The notes beneath the pieces were generated by a model that had not been told where the DNA came from, made no database searches, and saw only the letters and a list, made by a program, of their open reading frames with translations. This document shows, piece after piece, positions 1 through 10,439 of a stretch of 58,813 nucleotides of DNA. Location of the stretch: the NCBI GenBank assembly GCA_026991575.1, contig JALXBF010000095.1, positions 1 through 58,813 on the forward strand. Direction: 5' to 3'. This DNA comes from Planctomycetota bacterium (GTDB lineage: Bacteria; Planctomycetota; Planctomycetia; JALXBF01). The position numbers were made by a program, and so were the translations under genes. The number at the start of each line of letters is the position of its first letter. The stretch's first letter is position 1.

Positions 1-16
1 AAGCGGCCTGCCTCTC

Positions 17-589
17 CTAGGAGGATTCCTGCTCGGAGACTCGTTCGACGAATTTCTTCGTCGCCGTGTCGATGCGTACCACCTCACCGGGCCTCAAGTA
101 CGGCGGGACTTGTACCTTCAGGCCGGTTTCCAGAACGGCCTCCTTGTACTGCGCGGTAACCGTCGCGCCTTTCAGCGGCGGCGGTGTCTCGACGATCTTC
201 AGGTCGACGGTCCTCGGGGGTTCCACCGCCACCGGGCGGTCGTCGCAGTACAACACCGTGACCTCCGTGTTTGGCTTCAAGAACGGCAAGATGTCCTCGA
301 TCATCTCGGTGCGGAACGAGATCTGGTCGTACGTTTCCAGGTCCATGAAGTAGTGCTCGTCGCCCGAGGAGTACAGGTATTCCATTGGCTTCTGTTCTAC
401 GTAGACCTGTTCGACGTCCTCCGTGCTGCGGAAGCGTCGCTCCGTGGTCAGTCCGGTGTCGAGGTTACGCAGTTTGGTTTGCATGCATGGCACGCCTTTA
501 CCCGGCGTAACATGCACGGCCTCCAGGACGGTGTACAGTTGCCCATCGACTCGGATCACCTGTCCACGACGCAACTGAGTCGCTCGCAT
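17..589 (-). CDS. efp: Translation elongation factor P
   Basis: 190 aa; VTPGKG loop, KLRNLDTG, YFMDLETYDQ, LETGLKVQVPPYL are EF-P motifs; GGAGGA SD upstream. Confidence 0.96.
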   Translation of the reverse strand: MRATQLRRGQVIRVDGQLYTVLEAVHVTPGKGVPCMQTKLRNLDTGLTTERRFRSTEDVEQVYVEQKPMEYLYSSGDEHYFMDLETYDQISFRTEMIEDILPFLKPNTEVTVLYCDDRPVAVEPPRTVDLKIVETPPPLKGATVTAQYKEAVLETGLKVQVPPYLRPGEVVRIDTATKKFVERVSEQESS

Positions 590-833
590 GCAGATCCTCC
601 TGCGCTAGGCCCGCTCATCCTCCCAATCTTAACCGGCTCCATCCATGCCGACCACGTCCGACCAGTCCCCGGGCCAGTGTCGATCTACCAGGAGTCCAGT
701 GCTCCCCTCGGCCTTGCTGCTTGTAGCGGGATACCGGAGCCTGCACGCGCGATCACCTCGGGGGGGCGGGCCGCGTGACCGGGACGGTTACGCGGACGGA
801 CAGGGTGCGTGGTTATGGTGGTCACGGCCGGAA

Positions 834-1811
834 TCAGTCGGCTCTGCGCTGCTCGATCTGACCGAGGTGTCCCCGAGCCGGATCACCGGTGGGATGGTGG
901 CCATCGTGAGCTTCGATAGGCTCCAGGTGGGTTAGCACGATCGCCGGGCCATCGATGAGCCGGTAGATTTGCTCCTCAAGCTCGGTCACGCGCCGATGAG
1001 CCTCCTCGAGGCTCAGTGCCCCGGGCAGTAGCACGTGCACGTCGACCCAGACCAGGTGGCCACTGCGCCGGTGCCTGAGGCCGTGGTAGCTTGCCTGGTG
1101 GCCGCGCACCCAGTGGTCCAGTAGCTGCCGAAGGCGGCGGTCCAACTCCGGGTCACTCTCGTCCATCAGCCCGGACGTTGCTCGCCGGACGAGCGCTACC
1201 CCAGAGCAGACCAGCAAGGTGGCTATTAGCAATCCGACGACAGGGTCCAATATCGACCAGCCGGTCAGCGACACCACGACCAACGTTGCCAGGACGCCGC
1301 CGCTGGTGAGTGCGTCCGACAGCACGTGTTTGCCGTTGGCAATGAGCACCAGGTTGTCATGCCGCCTGCCGACGCGTATGAGGGTGGTACCGAGGATCGA
1401 GTTCACAGCGGCGACGACGCCACAGAGGGCGGCGCCGACGTGCAACATGCTCGGCGTGTACCCACTCAGCAGGTGTTCGGCCGCCGTGTACAGCACGCCC
1501 AGGCCGGCTACCACGATCAGCGAACCTTCAACGCCTGCCGAAAAGAACGTGATCTTGTCGTGGCCGTAGAGGTGTTCGCGGTCTGGTGGCTTTCGCGCCA
1601 GTGCCAGGCTCCACGCCGCGAATGCGACGGCTGCCAGGTGAACGACGCTCTCGACAGCATCGGACAAGACCGCTACCGAGCCGGTCACTACGAACGCTGT
1701 CCACTTCAGCAGCGACAGCAGGACGCTGGCGGCCAACGATGCCTGGATCGCACGCCGCTCGGCGGGGCTGGGGGTCGTGGCCAGGAGACCTCGGTGGTTG
1801 AGGTTGGTCAT
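834..1811 (-). CDS. Cation diffusion facilitator (CDF/FieF-like) metal efflux transporter
   Basis: SDAVESVVH, PPDREHLYGHDK, KHVLSD, LDPV motifs; C-terminal dimerisation domain ending HLEP; start placed at MTNLN (ATG 1811). Confidence 0.9.
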   Translation of the reverse strand: MTNLNHRGLLATTPSPAERRAIQASLAASVLLSLLKWTAFVVTGSVAVLSDAVESVVHLAAVAFAAWSLALARKPPDREHLYGHDKITFFSAGVEGSLIVVAGLGVLYTAAEHLLSGYTPSMLHVGAALCGVVAAVNSILGTTLIRVGRRHDNLVLIANGKHVLSDALTSGGVLATLVVVSLTGWSILDPVVGLLIATLLVCSGVALVRRATSGLMDESDPELDRRLRQLLDHWVRGHQASYHGLRHRRSGHLVWVDVHVLLPGALSLEEAHRRVTELEEQIYRLIDGPAIVLTHLEPIEAHDGHHPTGDPARGHLGQIEQRRAD

Positions 1812-1939
1812 CGTCCGGTTCGTACTCCGGGGGCGCGGCGGGCCGGCCGGCCGCAGGGCGCCGGCTGCGGTTTCGTACAATTGTTCACCTGGTACGTTGG
1901 GGGGCGGCGGGGCTGTTTGGCACGGCAACGGGATGGGCC

Positions 1940-2695
1940 ATGGCGAAGAAACGTAGCACACGCGCCGGCCGGGCAACCGGGACGAAGACCGCTGCCAGAG
2001 CTCAGAAGCGGGCGCCTCGGCAGCAGCCGCAGGCGGCGACGGCGAGCGCCGAGGAGCTCAAGGAGCTCAAGAAGCGCGTCCGCACCATTATCCGCCGCCT
2101 GAAGAAAGCCTATCCGGATGCCCGACCGGAGTTGCGGTTCAGCAACCCGTTGGAGCTGCTGGTGGCGACCGTTCTGTCTGCCCAGTGCACAGACGAGCGG
2201 GTGAACCGCGTGACGGAGAGCCTTTTCAAGAAGTACCGCTCTGCCGAGGACTATGCTAAGGCAGATCGCAAGCAGCTCGAAGAGGAGATCAAACCGACGG
2301 GCTTCTATCGGCGCAAGGCAGAGCTGATTCAGCAGATGGCCCGTGCACTGGTTGAGCAGTTCGGCGGCGAGGTGCCCCGAACGATCGAGGAGATGACCAG
2401 ATTGCCGGGGGTTGGCCGAAAGACGGCCAATGTGGTGCTCGGGGCGGCCATGGGGGTTGCCAGCGGCATTGTGGTCGACACGCACGTGCACCGCGTGGCA
2501 CGCCGCTTGGGGCTGACCCGGCAGAAGGATCCGGACAAGATCGAGCAGGATCTGATGCAGCTGGTGCCGCGGTCCGAGTGGATCCACTTCGGGATGAGCC
2601 TCGTGCTCCACGGGCGGTACGTGTGCACGGCGCGGAAGCCGAAGTGCGATCAGTGCATCCTGTCGGATGTGTGTCCCAAGGTGGGCGTCAAGTAG
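1940..2695 (+). CDS. nth: Endonuclease III
   Basis: LSAQCTD, HhH LPGVGRKTANV, VDTHV, FeS motif CTARKPKCDQCILSDVC. Confidence 0.96.
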   Translation: MAKKRSTRAGRATGTKTAARAQKRAPRQQPQAATASAEELKELKKRVRTIIRRLKKAYPDARPELRFSNPLELLVATVLSAQCTDERVNRVTESLFKKYRSAEDYAKADRKQLEEEIKPTGFYRRKAELIQQMARALVEQFGGEVPRTIEEMTRLPGVGRKTANVVLGAAMGVASGIVVDTHVHRVARRLGLTRQKDPDKIEQDLMQLVPRSEWIHFGMSLVLHGRYVCTARKPKCDQCILSDVCPKVGVK

Positions 2696-2724
2696 GCCGA
2701 CGACCAGGGCGGCGGGACACGAGC

Positions 2725-3294
2725 ATGATACTAACGGCTGCTGAGATACGCAAGCATCTGGGCAGCAAGATCATCATCGAGCCGTTTGACGAGTCGTTGC
2801 TGAACCCGAACAGCTACAACCTCAGGCTGCACGACGAGCTGCTCGTGTACGAAGAGGTCGTGCTCGACATGAAGCGACCCAACCGGGTGCGCCGTATCAA
2901 GATTCCGCCCGAAGGCCTGGTCCTCCATCCCAATCAGCTCTACCTCGGCCGCACCTTGGAACGCACCGAGACCCACGGGTTCGTGCCCATGATCGAGGGG
3001 CGCTCATCCGTTGGTAGACTTGGCCTCTTTGTGCACGTGACCGCCGGTTTTGGCGACGTGGGCTTTCGCGGCTACTGGACGCTGGAAATGTTCGCCATCC
3101 ATCCAGTACGCATCTACCCGTTTGTGCCGGTGTGTCAGATCTACTATCACACGGTCCAAGGCGAGATCGAAGAATACAGTAGCGACAAATACCAGGACAG
3201 CGACGACATCCAGCCGTCGCTCCTGTTCAAGGAGTTGGGGATCCGGCAGGATCCCCAGCGCGAGTTGCCCTTCCCGGGCAGTAACCCACGGTAG
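2725..3294 (+). CDS. dcd: dCTP deaminase
   Basis: NPNSYNLRL, EGRSSVGRLG, AGFGDVGFRGYWTLE; start placed at MILT (ATG 2725). Confidence 0.92.
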   Translation: MILTAAEIRKHLGSKIIIEPFDESLLNPNSYNLRLHDELLVYEEVVLDMKRPNRVRRIKIPPEGLVLHPNQLYLGRTLERTETHGFVPMIEGRSSVGRLGLFVHVTAGFGDVGFRGYWTLEMFAIHPVRIYPFVPVCQIYYHTVQGEIEEYSSDKYQDSDDIQPSLLFKELGIRQDPQRELPFPGSNPR

Positions 3295-3306
3295 GTTGCC
3301 GAGCGC

Positions 3307-4401
3307 GTGGCCGAACCAGCGGACCTGAAGCAACAACTCAAAGAAGCCGCGCTGCAGCTGGGCTTTGACGCGGTGGGGATCGCTCCGGCCGTTCCGCCTC
3401 CCCACTACGACTTCTTTCGGCGCTGGTTGCAGCACGGCTACCACGGGCAGATGCAGTACATGGCTCGGTGGGCCGACGCCCGTGGTCAGCTAGACCGCGT
3501 CCTGCCGGGCACTCGCTCCGTGGTGGTCGTGCTCAAGTCATACAACGATCAGCAGCGGGACGAGTCCGACGCCTGGGCTGACGCGCGCATCAGCCGCTAC
3601 GCACGCCGGCCAGACTACCATCGTGTGCTCAAGGGACTGCTCCGCCGGCTGGGCGACGAGCTGCGCCGGCTGGTGCCCGAAGCACAGTGCCGTGCTGTCG
3701 TGGACACGGCGCCGCTGCTAGAACGCGACTACGGCTGGCTCGCAGGGCTCGGCTGGATCGGCAAGAACACGATGTTGATCCACCGAAAGTTGGGCAGCTG
3801 GGTGTTCATCGGCGCACTGCTGACGACCGCCGACATCGAACCCGACGATCCGTTCCCCACGGACCATTGTGGTACGTGCACCCGCTGTCTGGACGTGTGT
3901 CCGACCGATGCGCTGCTGGAACCGTATGTGCTGGATGCGCGTCGCTGCATCTCGTATCTGACCATCGAACTTAGGGGTGCGCTGGCTCCGGAGGATCGCG
4001 ACCGGCTGCACGGTTGGCTCTTCGGCTGCGACCTCTGTCAGGAAGTGTGTCCGTGGAACCGCCGGGCGCTCAGTCCGCGAGTAGATCTGCTACCGCGGGA
4101 CGCACGCTTGGACCGGCTTACCGACCCGGTCGCGGTCCTTGAACTGGATGACGAATCGTTGGACCAACTGATCCGCGAAACGCCACTGGAACGGGCCGGC
4201 GTCGAGGGGCTGAAACGCAACGCTGCGCTCTTGTTGGCGCAGCGTCGCGACGGCCGTGCCGAGCGAGCGTTGAAGCGGGCGCTTGCACACCGCTCTGAGG
4301 TCGTGCGCGACGCCGCACGATGGGCGCTGGAACGTTGGGCCGAGAAGCAGAAGGCGCGAGACGGCACCGAGGAGCTGATGGCCGGTGAGAGGTGCCATTG
4401 A
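3307..4401 (+). CDS. queG: Epoxyqueuosine reductase
   Basis: SRYA..DYH, DTAPLLER, GLGWIGKN, CGTCTRCLDVCPT, CISYLTIE, GCDLCQEVCPWN. Confidence 0.95.
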   Translation: MAEPADLKQQLKEAALQLGFDAVGIAPAVPPPHYDFFRRWLQHGYHGQMQYMARWADARGQLDRVLPGTRSVVVVLKSYNDQQRDESDAWADARISRYARRPDYHRVLKGLLRRLGDELRRLVPEAQCRAVVDTAPLLERDYGWLAGLGWIGKNTMLIHRKLGSWVFIGALLTTADIEPDDPFPTDHCGTCTRCLDVCPTDALLEPYVLDARRCISYLTIELRGALAPEDRDRLHGWLFGCDLCQEVCPWNRRALSPRVDLLPRDARLDRLTDPVAVLELDDESLDQLIRETPLERAGVEGLKRNAALLLAQRRDGRAERALKRALAHRSEVVRDAARWALERWAEKQKARDGTEELMAGERCH

Positions 4402-4421
4402 GTCGCGGATCGGCTTGTGGC

Positions 4422-5795
4422 CTAGGCAGCCTTCCCCAGGTCCCTCTCACAGCGAGCAACTGTTTCACCCGGACCAGCACCGGCTGCTCCCGACACACGC
4501 CGTGCCTGCAGCAGCAGCGCGGAGTTTGCACAGAAGAGTACAACGCCTGCCCAGAAGAATGCTCCCCCGGCTTGCATGTACTTGTGTCCGTAGCCGCCCG
4601 GACCGATCCAACCAGCCAGCTCGGGGCTGGTCAACGCCATCAGTAGGAACGTCACGCTTAGCGCGCCGGCCAGTAGCACGCGTTCGAGCCGACTGCGTGC
4701 GCGGAGCCACAAATGGGCAGTCACCACTGCCACCGGGACGCAGATGCTGACGTAGTGGTGCTTCCAGCTGCGTTCAGAAAGAAACAGCATCGCCAGTAAG
4801 ATGAGCGCGAATTCGGCACCGAGCCGCCAGTCTGTGCGGTCCTCGGTGGGTGTCCGGCATATGTAGGCCAGCCACAGGAGAATGCCGGCGACCAGCGCCC
4901 GCAGCAACCACCATGCCTGGCGTTTGCTGAGGTTCAGGACGTTGGCTTGAACAATCCGGTCGTCTTCGAACTCGATCCCAGGGCTGGGCGTGGTCAACCG
5001 GTACAGAACCCCCGGCAGAGACTGGTTCACCTGTCTGGTTTCCACCTCACCGCGAAGCACGTACGGTTCGACCATCAACCGGACCCATGAGCGGAGCAGG
5101 ACGAGGTTGTGTTTCATCCCAAGCACCGTGCCGGGGATAACGATCAGGAACAGGAGCAGGCCGATCATCGAGCCAGCTACGACGCGCCACTGCCGTTTCC
5201 ATGCAAAGTAAGGAATGAACAAGGCCGGGGTGACTTTGAAGGTGGTTGCCAGCGCGATACCAACGCCTGCCAGCATGTCCCAGCGGTGGCGATAGCACCA
5301 GAGACTGGCCAACACGACGAACACGACCAGGATGTTCACGTTGCCATGCTGTAAGTCGCCGAGCAGCGGTCTGATGCTCACGATCCCAACGACAGCGATC
5401 GCTGTAAGCGGCAGCTGCTGGCCCTTGCCGACCGCGAAGCGGATCGCGGCGGCCAGGCACCCCAGTGCCATGCACGCTTTCAGGAAGAACCACACCATGG
5501 CGCCGGCAACCGGGGGCAGAAGTGTCAACGGGTAGAGCACAAGTGCCATCAACGGTGGGTTGGGATAAGCGGCGACGGTGTAGACGTTTTCCCCGGCCAC
5601 TAGCCCCTGAATCAGGCGGATCCAACGGATGAACGCACTGCGGTGATCTGCTGCTTTGTCGAAGTAGGCGACTGCAGCAACACCGATCCCGGCCGCGAAG
5701 GCGGCGACGAGCCACAGTAGGCGGCGACGACGGCTTGCGTCGCCGGCCACTGTCAGAACAGTCGCTTGGCTGGTTGGTGCCGGTTTCCCCGCCAT
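4422..5795 (-). CDS. GT87/DUF2029-like GT-C membrane glycosyltransferase
   Basis: Multi-TM; YPNPP, DLQHGNVN, FKVTP, NQSL, SWKHHY motifs typical of GT87; start uncertain (5795 or 5882). Confidence 0.8.
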   Translation of the reverse strand: MAGKPAPTSQATVLTVAGDASRRRRLLWLVAAFAAGIGVAAVAYFDKAADHRSAFIRWIRLIQGLVAGENVYTVAAYPNPPLMALVLYPLTLLPPVAGAMVWFFLKACMALGCLAAAIRFAVGKGQQLPLTAIAVVGIVSIRPLLGDLQHGNVNILVVFVVLASLWCYRHRWDMLAGVGIALATTFKVTPALFIPYFAWKRQWRVVAGSMIGLLLFLIVIPGTVLGMKHNLVLLRSWVRLMVEPYVLRGEVETRQVNQSLPGVLYRLTTPSPGIEFEDDRIVQANVLNLSKRQAWWLLRALVAGILLWLAYICRTPTEDRTDWRLGAEFALILLAMLFLSERSWKHHYVSICVPVAVVTAHLWLRARSRLERVLLAGALSVTFLLMALTSPELAGWIGPGGYGHKYMQAGGAFFWAGVVLFCANSALLLQARRVSGAAGAGPGETVARCERDLGKAA

Positions 5796-5969
5796 CGCAA
5801 TTGCTGTCAGCGTGTCCCTGTGGGGAATGGAGGCAGCGTTCGTGTGCGGCGCCGTGGTAGCGGTTCCGCCGTACGTGGTCAAGATGGCGTAGGATGCTGT
5901 GCTGTGAGGGCGAGATGGCTGGCGGAGGGTCGTAAGGGAGCGTGATGCGCGCCGGCTTGGGCGGCGGTG

Positions 5970-6737
5970 CTAGCGGCCGGAAGCAGCGTCTTCTCGGCTC
6001 GCAAGCTGCAGCTCCAACGCGATCCGCCGCGCCGTCTCGGTCTGTAGCCACTTCGCTTGCGTCCGCAACAGGTGGCGAAGTTGCGTGAACTGTCGGTCAT
6101 TGCGGTGTTGCACCCAGGCTGCACCGAGCACTGTGCCGATCAGGGCGCCCAGGGCCAGGCCGTAGGCCAGCCAGCGGATCCGTTGCGTAGGGATGCCGGG
6201 TTGTCGGGGTGGCCGCTCCGACACGAGTGCTACGGCTGCCGAAGGCGGTTCAGGGCACTCAGGCCGTGCCGAACCACTTGGCTGCCGCTGTTGATACGCC
6301 GCCTCCTGTTGGCGCGAGCCGGCCGTGGCAAAGGCGTTGCGTGCTACAGCGCAGGAGGGGGCGGACCCGGTGGGCTGGCGGTCTGCGGTCGCCTTGGCAC
6401 GTGCCCGCCTGGCAGAAGACCAGGCGGTGCGCCGAGCAGGCGGCGATTGCTGGTCCATACCGCTTGCCGGCGTGGTCGCGCCAGGGTGCTGGTTCGCTGG
6501 GGTCCGTTGCTGCTGCCCAGCCGTTCGTTCTGCCCGTTCTGCTTGTGCCGGCGTACCGTCGGGGCAGAGCCACTCCTTGGGGAGCTGCGCGGGGGGCAGT
6601 TCCGACTCGTCGCCGTACAGCCAGGCGTAGGCAAGTTCTTCGAGGTCATCGCGCCGGCGTACGTGGTCGCGGCAGTGCGCACAGTCGGCCGAGGTGCCCA
6701 GAACTGCACCGCAGGACGGGCATCGTCTGCTGCTCAT
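5970..6737 (-). CDS. Hypothetical protein: N-terminal Zn-ribbon, low-complexity linker, C-terminal TM helix
   Basis: CPSC-x8-CAHC; Q/P/A/S/T-rich middle; WLAYGLALGALIGTVLGAAWV TM segment; co-oriented with the kinase. Confidence 0.6.
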   Translation of the reverse strand: MSSRRCPSCGAVLGTSADCAHCRDHVRRRDDLEELAYAWLYGDESELPPAQLPKEWLCPDGTPAQAERAERTAGQQQRTPANQHPGATTPASGMDQQSPPARRTAWSSARRARAKATADRQPTGSAPSCAVARNAFATAGSRQQEAAYQQRQPSGSARPECPEPPSAAVALVSERPPRQPGIPTQRIRWLAYGLALGALIGTVLGAAWVQHRNDRQFTQLRHLLRTQAKWLQTETARRIALELQLASREDAASGR

Positions 6738-6767
6738 GGCCGCCACCCGGGGCCGCACGGCCCATCT

Positions 6768-7637
6768 CTAGTAGTCTTGTTTCGGCAGCGCCTGCAGCGC
6801 GCGCACGAACTCCTTCATACTGCGGATTCGCCGCTGCGGGTTCGATGCCATTCCGCGCATCAGGAGCCGCACAATGTCGTCGTCCAGGTCGGGCCTGTAC
6901 TCGCGCGGGTCGCGTGGTGGCAGATTGATCCGCGCTAGCAGCGCTTGCTGCGAATCGTGGGCTTCCCAGGGCAGGTGTCCGGTGAGCAATTCGTAGGCGG
7001 TGACTGCAAACGAGAAGATATCGATCCGCTCGTCCGTCGGGTGCCGGCGGATCAGCTCCGGGGCCATGTACTCCTTTGAGCCCGTGCGATTGCCCGGAGC
7101 ACGAAACTCCGGCGTATTCGGCACGGCCAGCCCGAAGTCGATGATCTTGAGCCCCCCGTCACGGGTCACGAGGATGTTGCGCGGGTTGAAATCGCGATGG
7201 ATGTAGCCGGCCTCATGAATGTACGCCAGCCCCTCGCCGGCCTTGGTCAGAATCTCGATTCTCCGCCCGTCCAGGCTGGGATCGTTCGTGTGGATGAGCA
7301 CGTTGAGTCCAACGCCGTCGACGTACTCCATCACGAGGAACTGCTCATCAGTGGTTAGCACACCATGATCGTATGTGGTGACCACGTACGGATGCCGAAG
7401 CGAGACGGCGATCTCACCCTCTGGCGGCTTCTTCTTGCCCTGAAAGACGCGGGCCATGAGTCGTTCGGTTTTTTCCTTGTCGAGAATTTTCAACGCGACG
7501 GTGCGGCCGAGCTGTAGGTCGTGTGCCTTGTACAGCTTGGACATGCTGCCCTGGCCGATGCGCACGAGACTGGCGAACCGCTTGTTCAGCTCGACCTTCT
7601 TACCTCTGGACAGAAACTCGCGCAGTTTCTGAAGCAT
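6768..7637 (-). CDS. Hanks-type protein kinase (catalytic domain only)
   Basis: GQGSMS, VALK, HRDFNPRN, DFG, YMAPE, DIFSF motifs. Confidence 0.93.
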   Translation of the reverse strand: MLQKLREFLSRGKKVELNKRFASLVRIGQGSMSKLYKAHDLQLGRTVALKILDKEKTERLMARVFQGKKKPPEGEIAVSLRHPYVVTTYDHGVLTTDEQFLVMEYVDGVGLNVLIHTNDPSLDGRRIEILTKAGEGLAYIHEAGYIHRDFNPRNILVTRDGGLKIIDFGLAVPNTPEFRAPGNRTGSKEYMAPELIRRHPTDERIDIFSFAVTAYELLTGHLPWEAHDSQQALLARINLPPRDPREYRPDLDDDIVRLLMRGMASNPQRRIRSMKEFVRALQALPKQDY

Positions 7638-7680
7638 TTGCCCGTCGTTCCCGTGCGTGGTTGGTCAGCAACCACTGCCA

Positions 7681-8523
7681 CTACTTGCCGCAGTAATCGA
7701 TGATGTTTGCAATCTCGGTCCGCAGATTCTGCCGCTCGACGATGCGATCCACGAAGCCATGCTTTAGCAAGAACTCACTCGTCTGGAATCCCTCGGGCAA
7801 CTCGATCCGCACCGTCGCCCAGATGGTGCGTGGACCGGCAAACCCGATCAGTGCCTTCGGCTCGGCCAGGATGACATCGCCGAGCGAAGCAAAACTCGCG
7901 GCCACGCCGCCCATGGTCGGGTTGGTCAGCACCGAGATGAACAGGCCGCCAGCCGCGTCGAAGCGGGCTAGCGCCGCAGAGACTTTCGCCATCTGCATCA
8001 GAGACAGGATCCCTTCGTGCATCCGCGCGCCGCCCCCGGAGCCGGAAACGATCACGAGCGGCAACTCCTGCCGCATCGCCTCCTCGATTGCCCGCGTAAG
8101 CTTCTCCCCGACCACCGACGCCATGCTGCCCATGATGAAAGCCGAGTCCGTGACGCCAATCACACAGGGGCGGCCACGGATGTACCCACGGCCGACAATG
8201 GCCGCCTCCGGCAGCCCGCTCTTGCGCTGCTCATCGTAAAGCCGCTGGACGTACGGCTTTCGGTCGACGAAACCCAGCGGATCAGTCGGCCACAGGTCAG
8301 CGAACCACTCCTCGAAGCTGCCCTCGTCGAGCAGCTGAGCGATCCGTTTCCGCGCCGGCACATAGAAGTGATAGTTGCATTCCGGACACACGCCCAGCCG
8401 TCGCTCGGCCTCTTTGCGAAAGATCGTCGTGCGGCACGACGGACACCGCACCCAGAGACCTTCAGGGATGCCTCGCTTCGACGGCCACTGACTCCTTGAC
8501 GACGTTGCCCTGTCGTTGGACAT
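7681..8523 (-). CDS. accD: Acetyl-CoA carboxylase carboxyltransferase beta subunit
   Basis: [13 protein letters not shown] Zn finger, [46 protein letters not shown]. Confidence 0.96.
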   Translation of the reverse strand: MSNDRATSSRSQWPSKRGIPEGLWVRCPSCRTTIFRKEAERRLGVCPECNYHFYVPARKRIAQLLDEGSFEEWFADLWPTDPLGFVDRKPYVQRLYDEQRKSGLPEAAIVGRGYIRGRPCVIGVTDSAFIMGSMASVVGEKLTRAIEEAMRQELPLVIVSGSGGGARMHEGILSLMQMAKVSAALARFDAAGGLFISVLTNPTMGGVAASFASLGDVILAEPKALIGFAGPRTIWATVRIELPEGFQTSEFLLKHGFVDRIVERQNLRTEIANIIDYCGK

Positions 8524-8737
8524 GTCGCTCCGGCTGGTCTGGTCCGACGTTCATGAGCATAGCAAGTCACGTCTGTCTTCAGCTAGATTCTACACGGAGC
8601 GACGCATGCCGGTAGGTGGATCCTCGCGCCGCCATCCGCGATCCGGACTTCGCACCGTGCGCGCACGAACCCTGGTGTTCGACCGTCGTGCGCCGGATCG
8701 GCTGACTCGTGGGCCTGCGGACGGTCGGATCGGCGGG

Positions 8738-10105
8738 TTAGTCGGTGATGTCGGGACGGGTCTGCTCAGCCTGGGTTGGCACGAGCGGCGCATCAGTTCT
8801 CCGACTGGCCAGCCGCCACAGCACGGGTGCGAACCGTCGAAGGCGGCCGCCGCCGACTACCGGCCGGGCCGAATCTGTCATCGATGCAGCGACCGCGTTG
8901 CGCCGCCAACACAGCACCGTGAAGCTCAGGGAGACGGCGGCGGCCAGAGCGGCGTATGCCAGGAACATCGCGGTGAACCCGTACTGATCGATGATCCAGC
9001 CGAGCGTGGGAGCCATGATAAAGTTGGCCAGGTCAACCAGCCCCAGCGTCACGGCAACTCCCGTAACCGTGTAGTCCTGTGGAAAATGTCCGGCGCCCAG
9101 GGCCGTCACGCATGGGAACATAATCGCGTGTCCCGTACCACCGATCAACGCAACGAGTGCAAGCGCCACGTAAGAGTCGACCCAGAGGAACGCCAATCCG
9201 GTAACGCCATATAGCAAGCAAGCGATCAGGATGGCCCGTTCCAGGCCGAGCCGCTCCGGCACGCGGCGGCCGATCACCCTCACGCACAGCGCCCAGAGGG
9301 CGTAGATCGCGAAGAACGGCCCGATGCCTTGTAAGCCGCGGGCCGCCACGAACCGGGTCAGAAACGTGAAGACCACGGACTGGGCAGCTCCCATCAGCAG
9401 CGTCACCGGGACGACCGTACTCGGGAAGAAGCGAAGCAGCACGTTCACCAGCGGGAGCTCGGGGCGGCGCGTGTGCCAGGCTGCCGACGGTTGGGCGACG
9501 GCGACAAGCACGATGGCCAGTTCCAGAAATGCCAGCGCGGCGGCGAGCCCGAAGAGTGCCTTGTACTGCCACCAGGGACTGAGTGGTAAACGAAACACGG
9601 CGTCGGCAAGCTGCGGGCCGAGGACCATACCCAGGAACCCCGACGTCCCCATCAGACCGACTGCTTCTGCCCGGCGTGGCGTCGGAACGCCGCGCCAGAC
9701 GAAGCCCACGGCGCAACAGAACATCGCTGCCAGTGCCACGGAGAAGGCCACACGCAGGACGTAGATCAGCGGGCCCACCCGCTCCACGAGCAGGAAACCG
9801 ACTGACGCTGCCGCATAGAGCACGGCGCCGGCGACCCAGGGCCACCGCAAGCCGCGATGATCGGCCTGCCATCCGGTAAGGATGCGTGCCAGTACGGCGC
9901 CCAGCATGCCGACGCCCCAGATGGTCCCGGTTGCAGTGGCACTTCCGCCAAGGAAGTCCACGAAGTCGGCGAACCGGAAGTGCAACGCGAACGCGGTTAC
10001 AGCGCACCCGTTGGCCGCGTACGCAAGCCAGAACGAGCGATCGTAGACAGAGCGGCGTAAGGGCGCGTGGGCGGATTGTGCGGAGGCGTTGATCAGGTGG
10101 GCCAC
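8738..10105 (-). CDS. MFS transporter
   Basis: About 12 hydrophobic segments, motif A-like GWQADHRGLR and GRRVPERLG; start uncertain (GTG 10105 chosen). Confidence 0.85.
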   Translation of the reverse strand: MAHLINASAQSAHAPLRRSVYDRSFWLAYAANGCAVTAFALHFRFADFVDFLGGSATATGTIWGVGMLGAVLARILTGWQADHRGLRWPWVAGAVLYAAASVGFLLVERVGPLIYVLRVAFSVALAAMFCCAVGFVWRGVPTPRRAEAVGLMGTSGFLGMVLGPQLADAVFRLPLSPWWQYKALFGLAAALAFLELAIVLVAVAQPSAAWHTRRPELPLVNVLLRFFPSTVVPVTLLMGAAQSVVFTFLTRFVAARGLQGIGPFFAIYALWALCVRVIGRRVPERLGLERAILIACLLYGVTGLAFLWVDSYVALALVALIGGTGHAIMFPCVTALGAGHFPQDYTVTGVAVTLGLVDLANFIMAPTLGWIIDQYGFTAMFLAYAALAAAVSLSFTVLCWRRNAVAASMTDSARPVVGGGRLRRFAPVLWRLASRRTDAPLVPTQAEQTRPDITD

Positions 10106-10439
10106 AGCTTGTTGCCACGAATCGCGTGCCGCCCGTGGTGTCACATGGATTCTAGCCGTAGATGCAAGCGGGCAGATTGGCAGGGAACGCTGCCCCCCGG
10201 GCGAGCCGGTTCCGGTGATCCGAGTGCGCTGATGGGGCTTAGAATTGAAGTTGTCGCCGGTTGCCTGCGTGTGCCCTGTTTCCGGGCCGCAGCCAACGCT
10301 GGCCACAACAACGAAGCGGTCACCGGTACGATGCGGGTGGTCGCGGGATTCGGCCGTGCGGTTCAGTCGACGATGCTGGCCGAGCGCCCCGGCGGTACCG
10401 GTACGACGGACCAGCACGCGCAACTCACGCGGAGGTCAC

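Noticed and set aside
1326..2611. Long antisense or alternate-frame ORFs over real genes (also 11811-13901, 18105-19031, 20153-21421, 27698-28705)
   Set aside because: Shadow ORFs caused by GC3 bias; the overlapping frame carries the recognisable protein motifs
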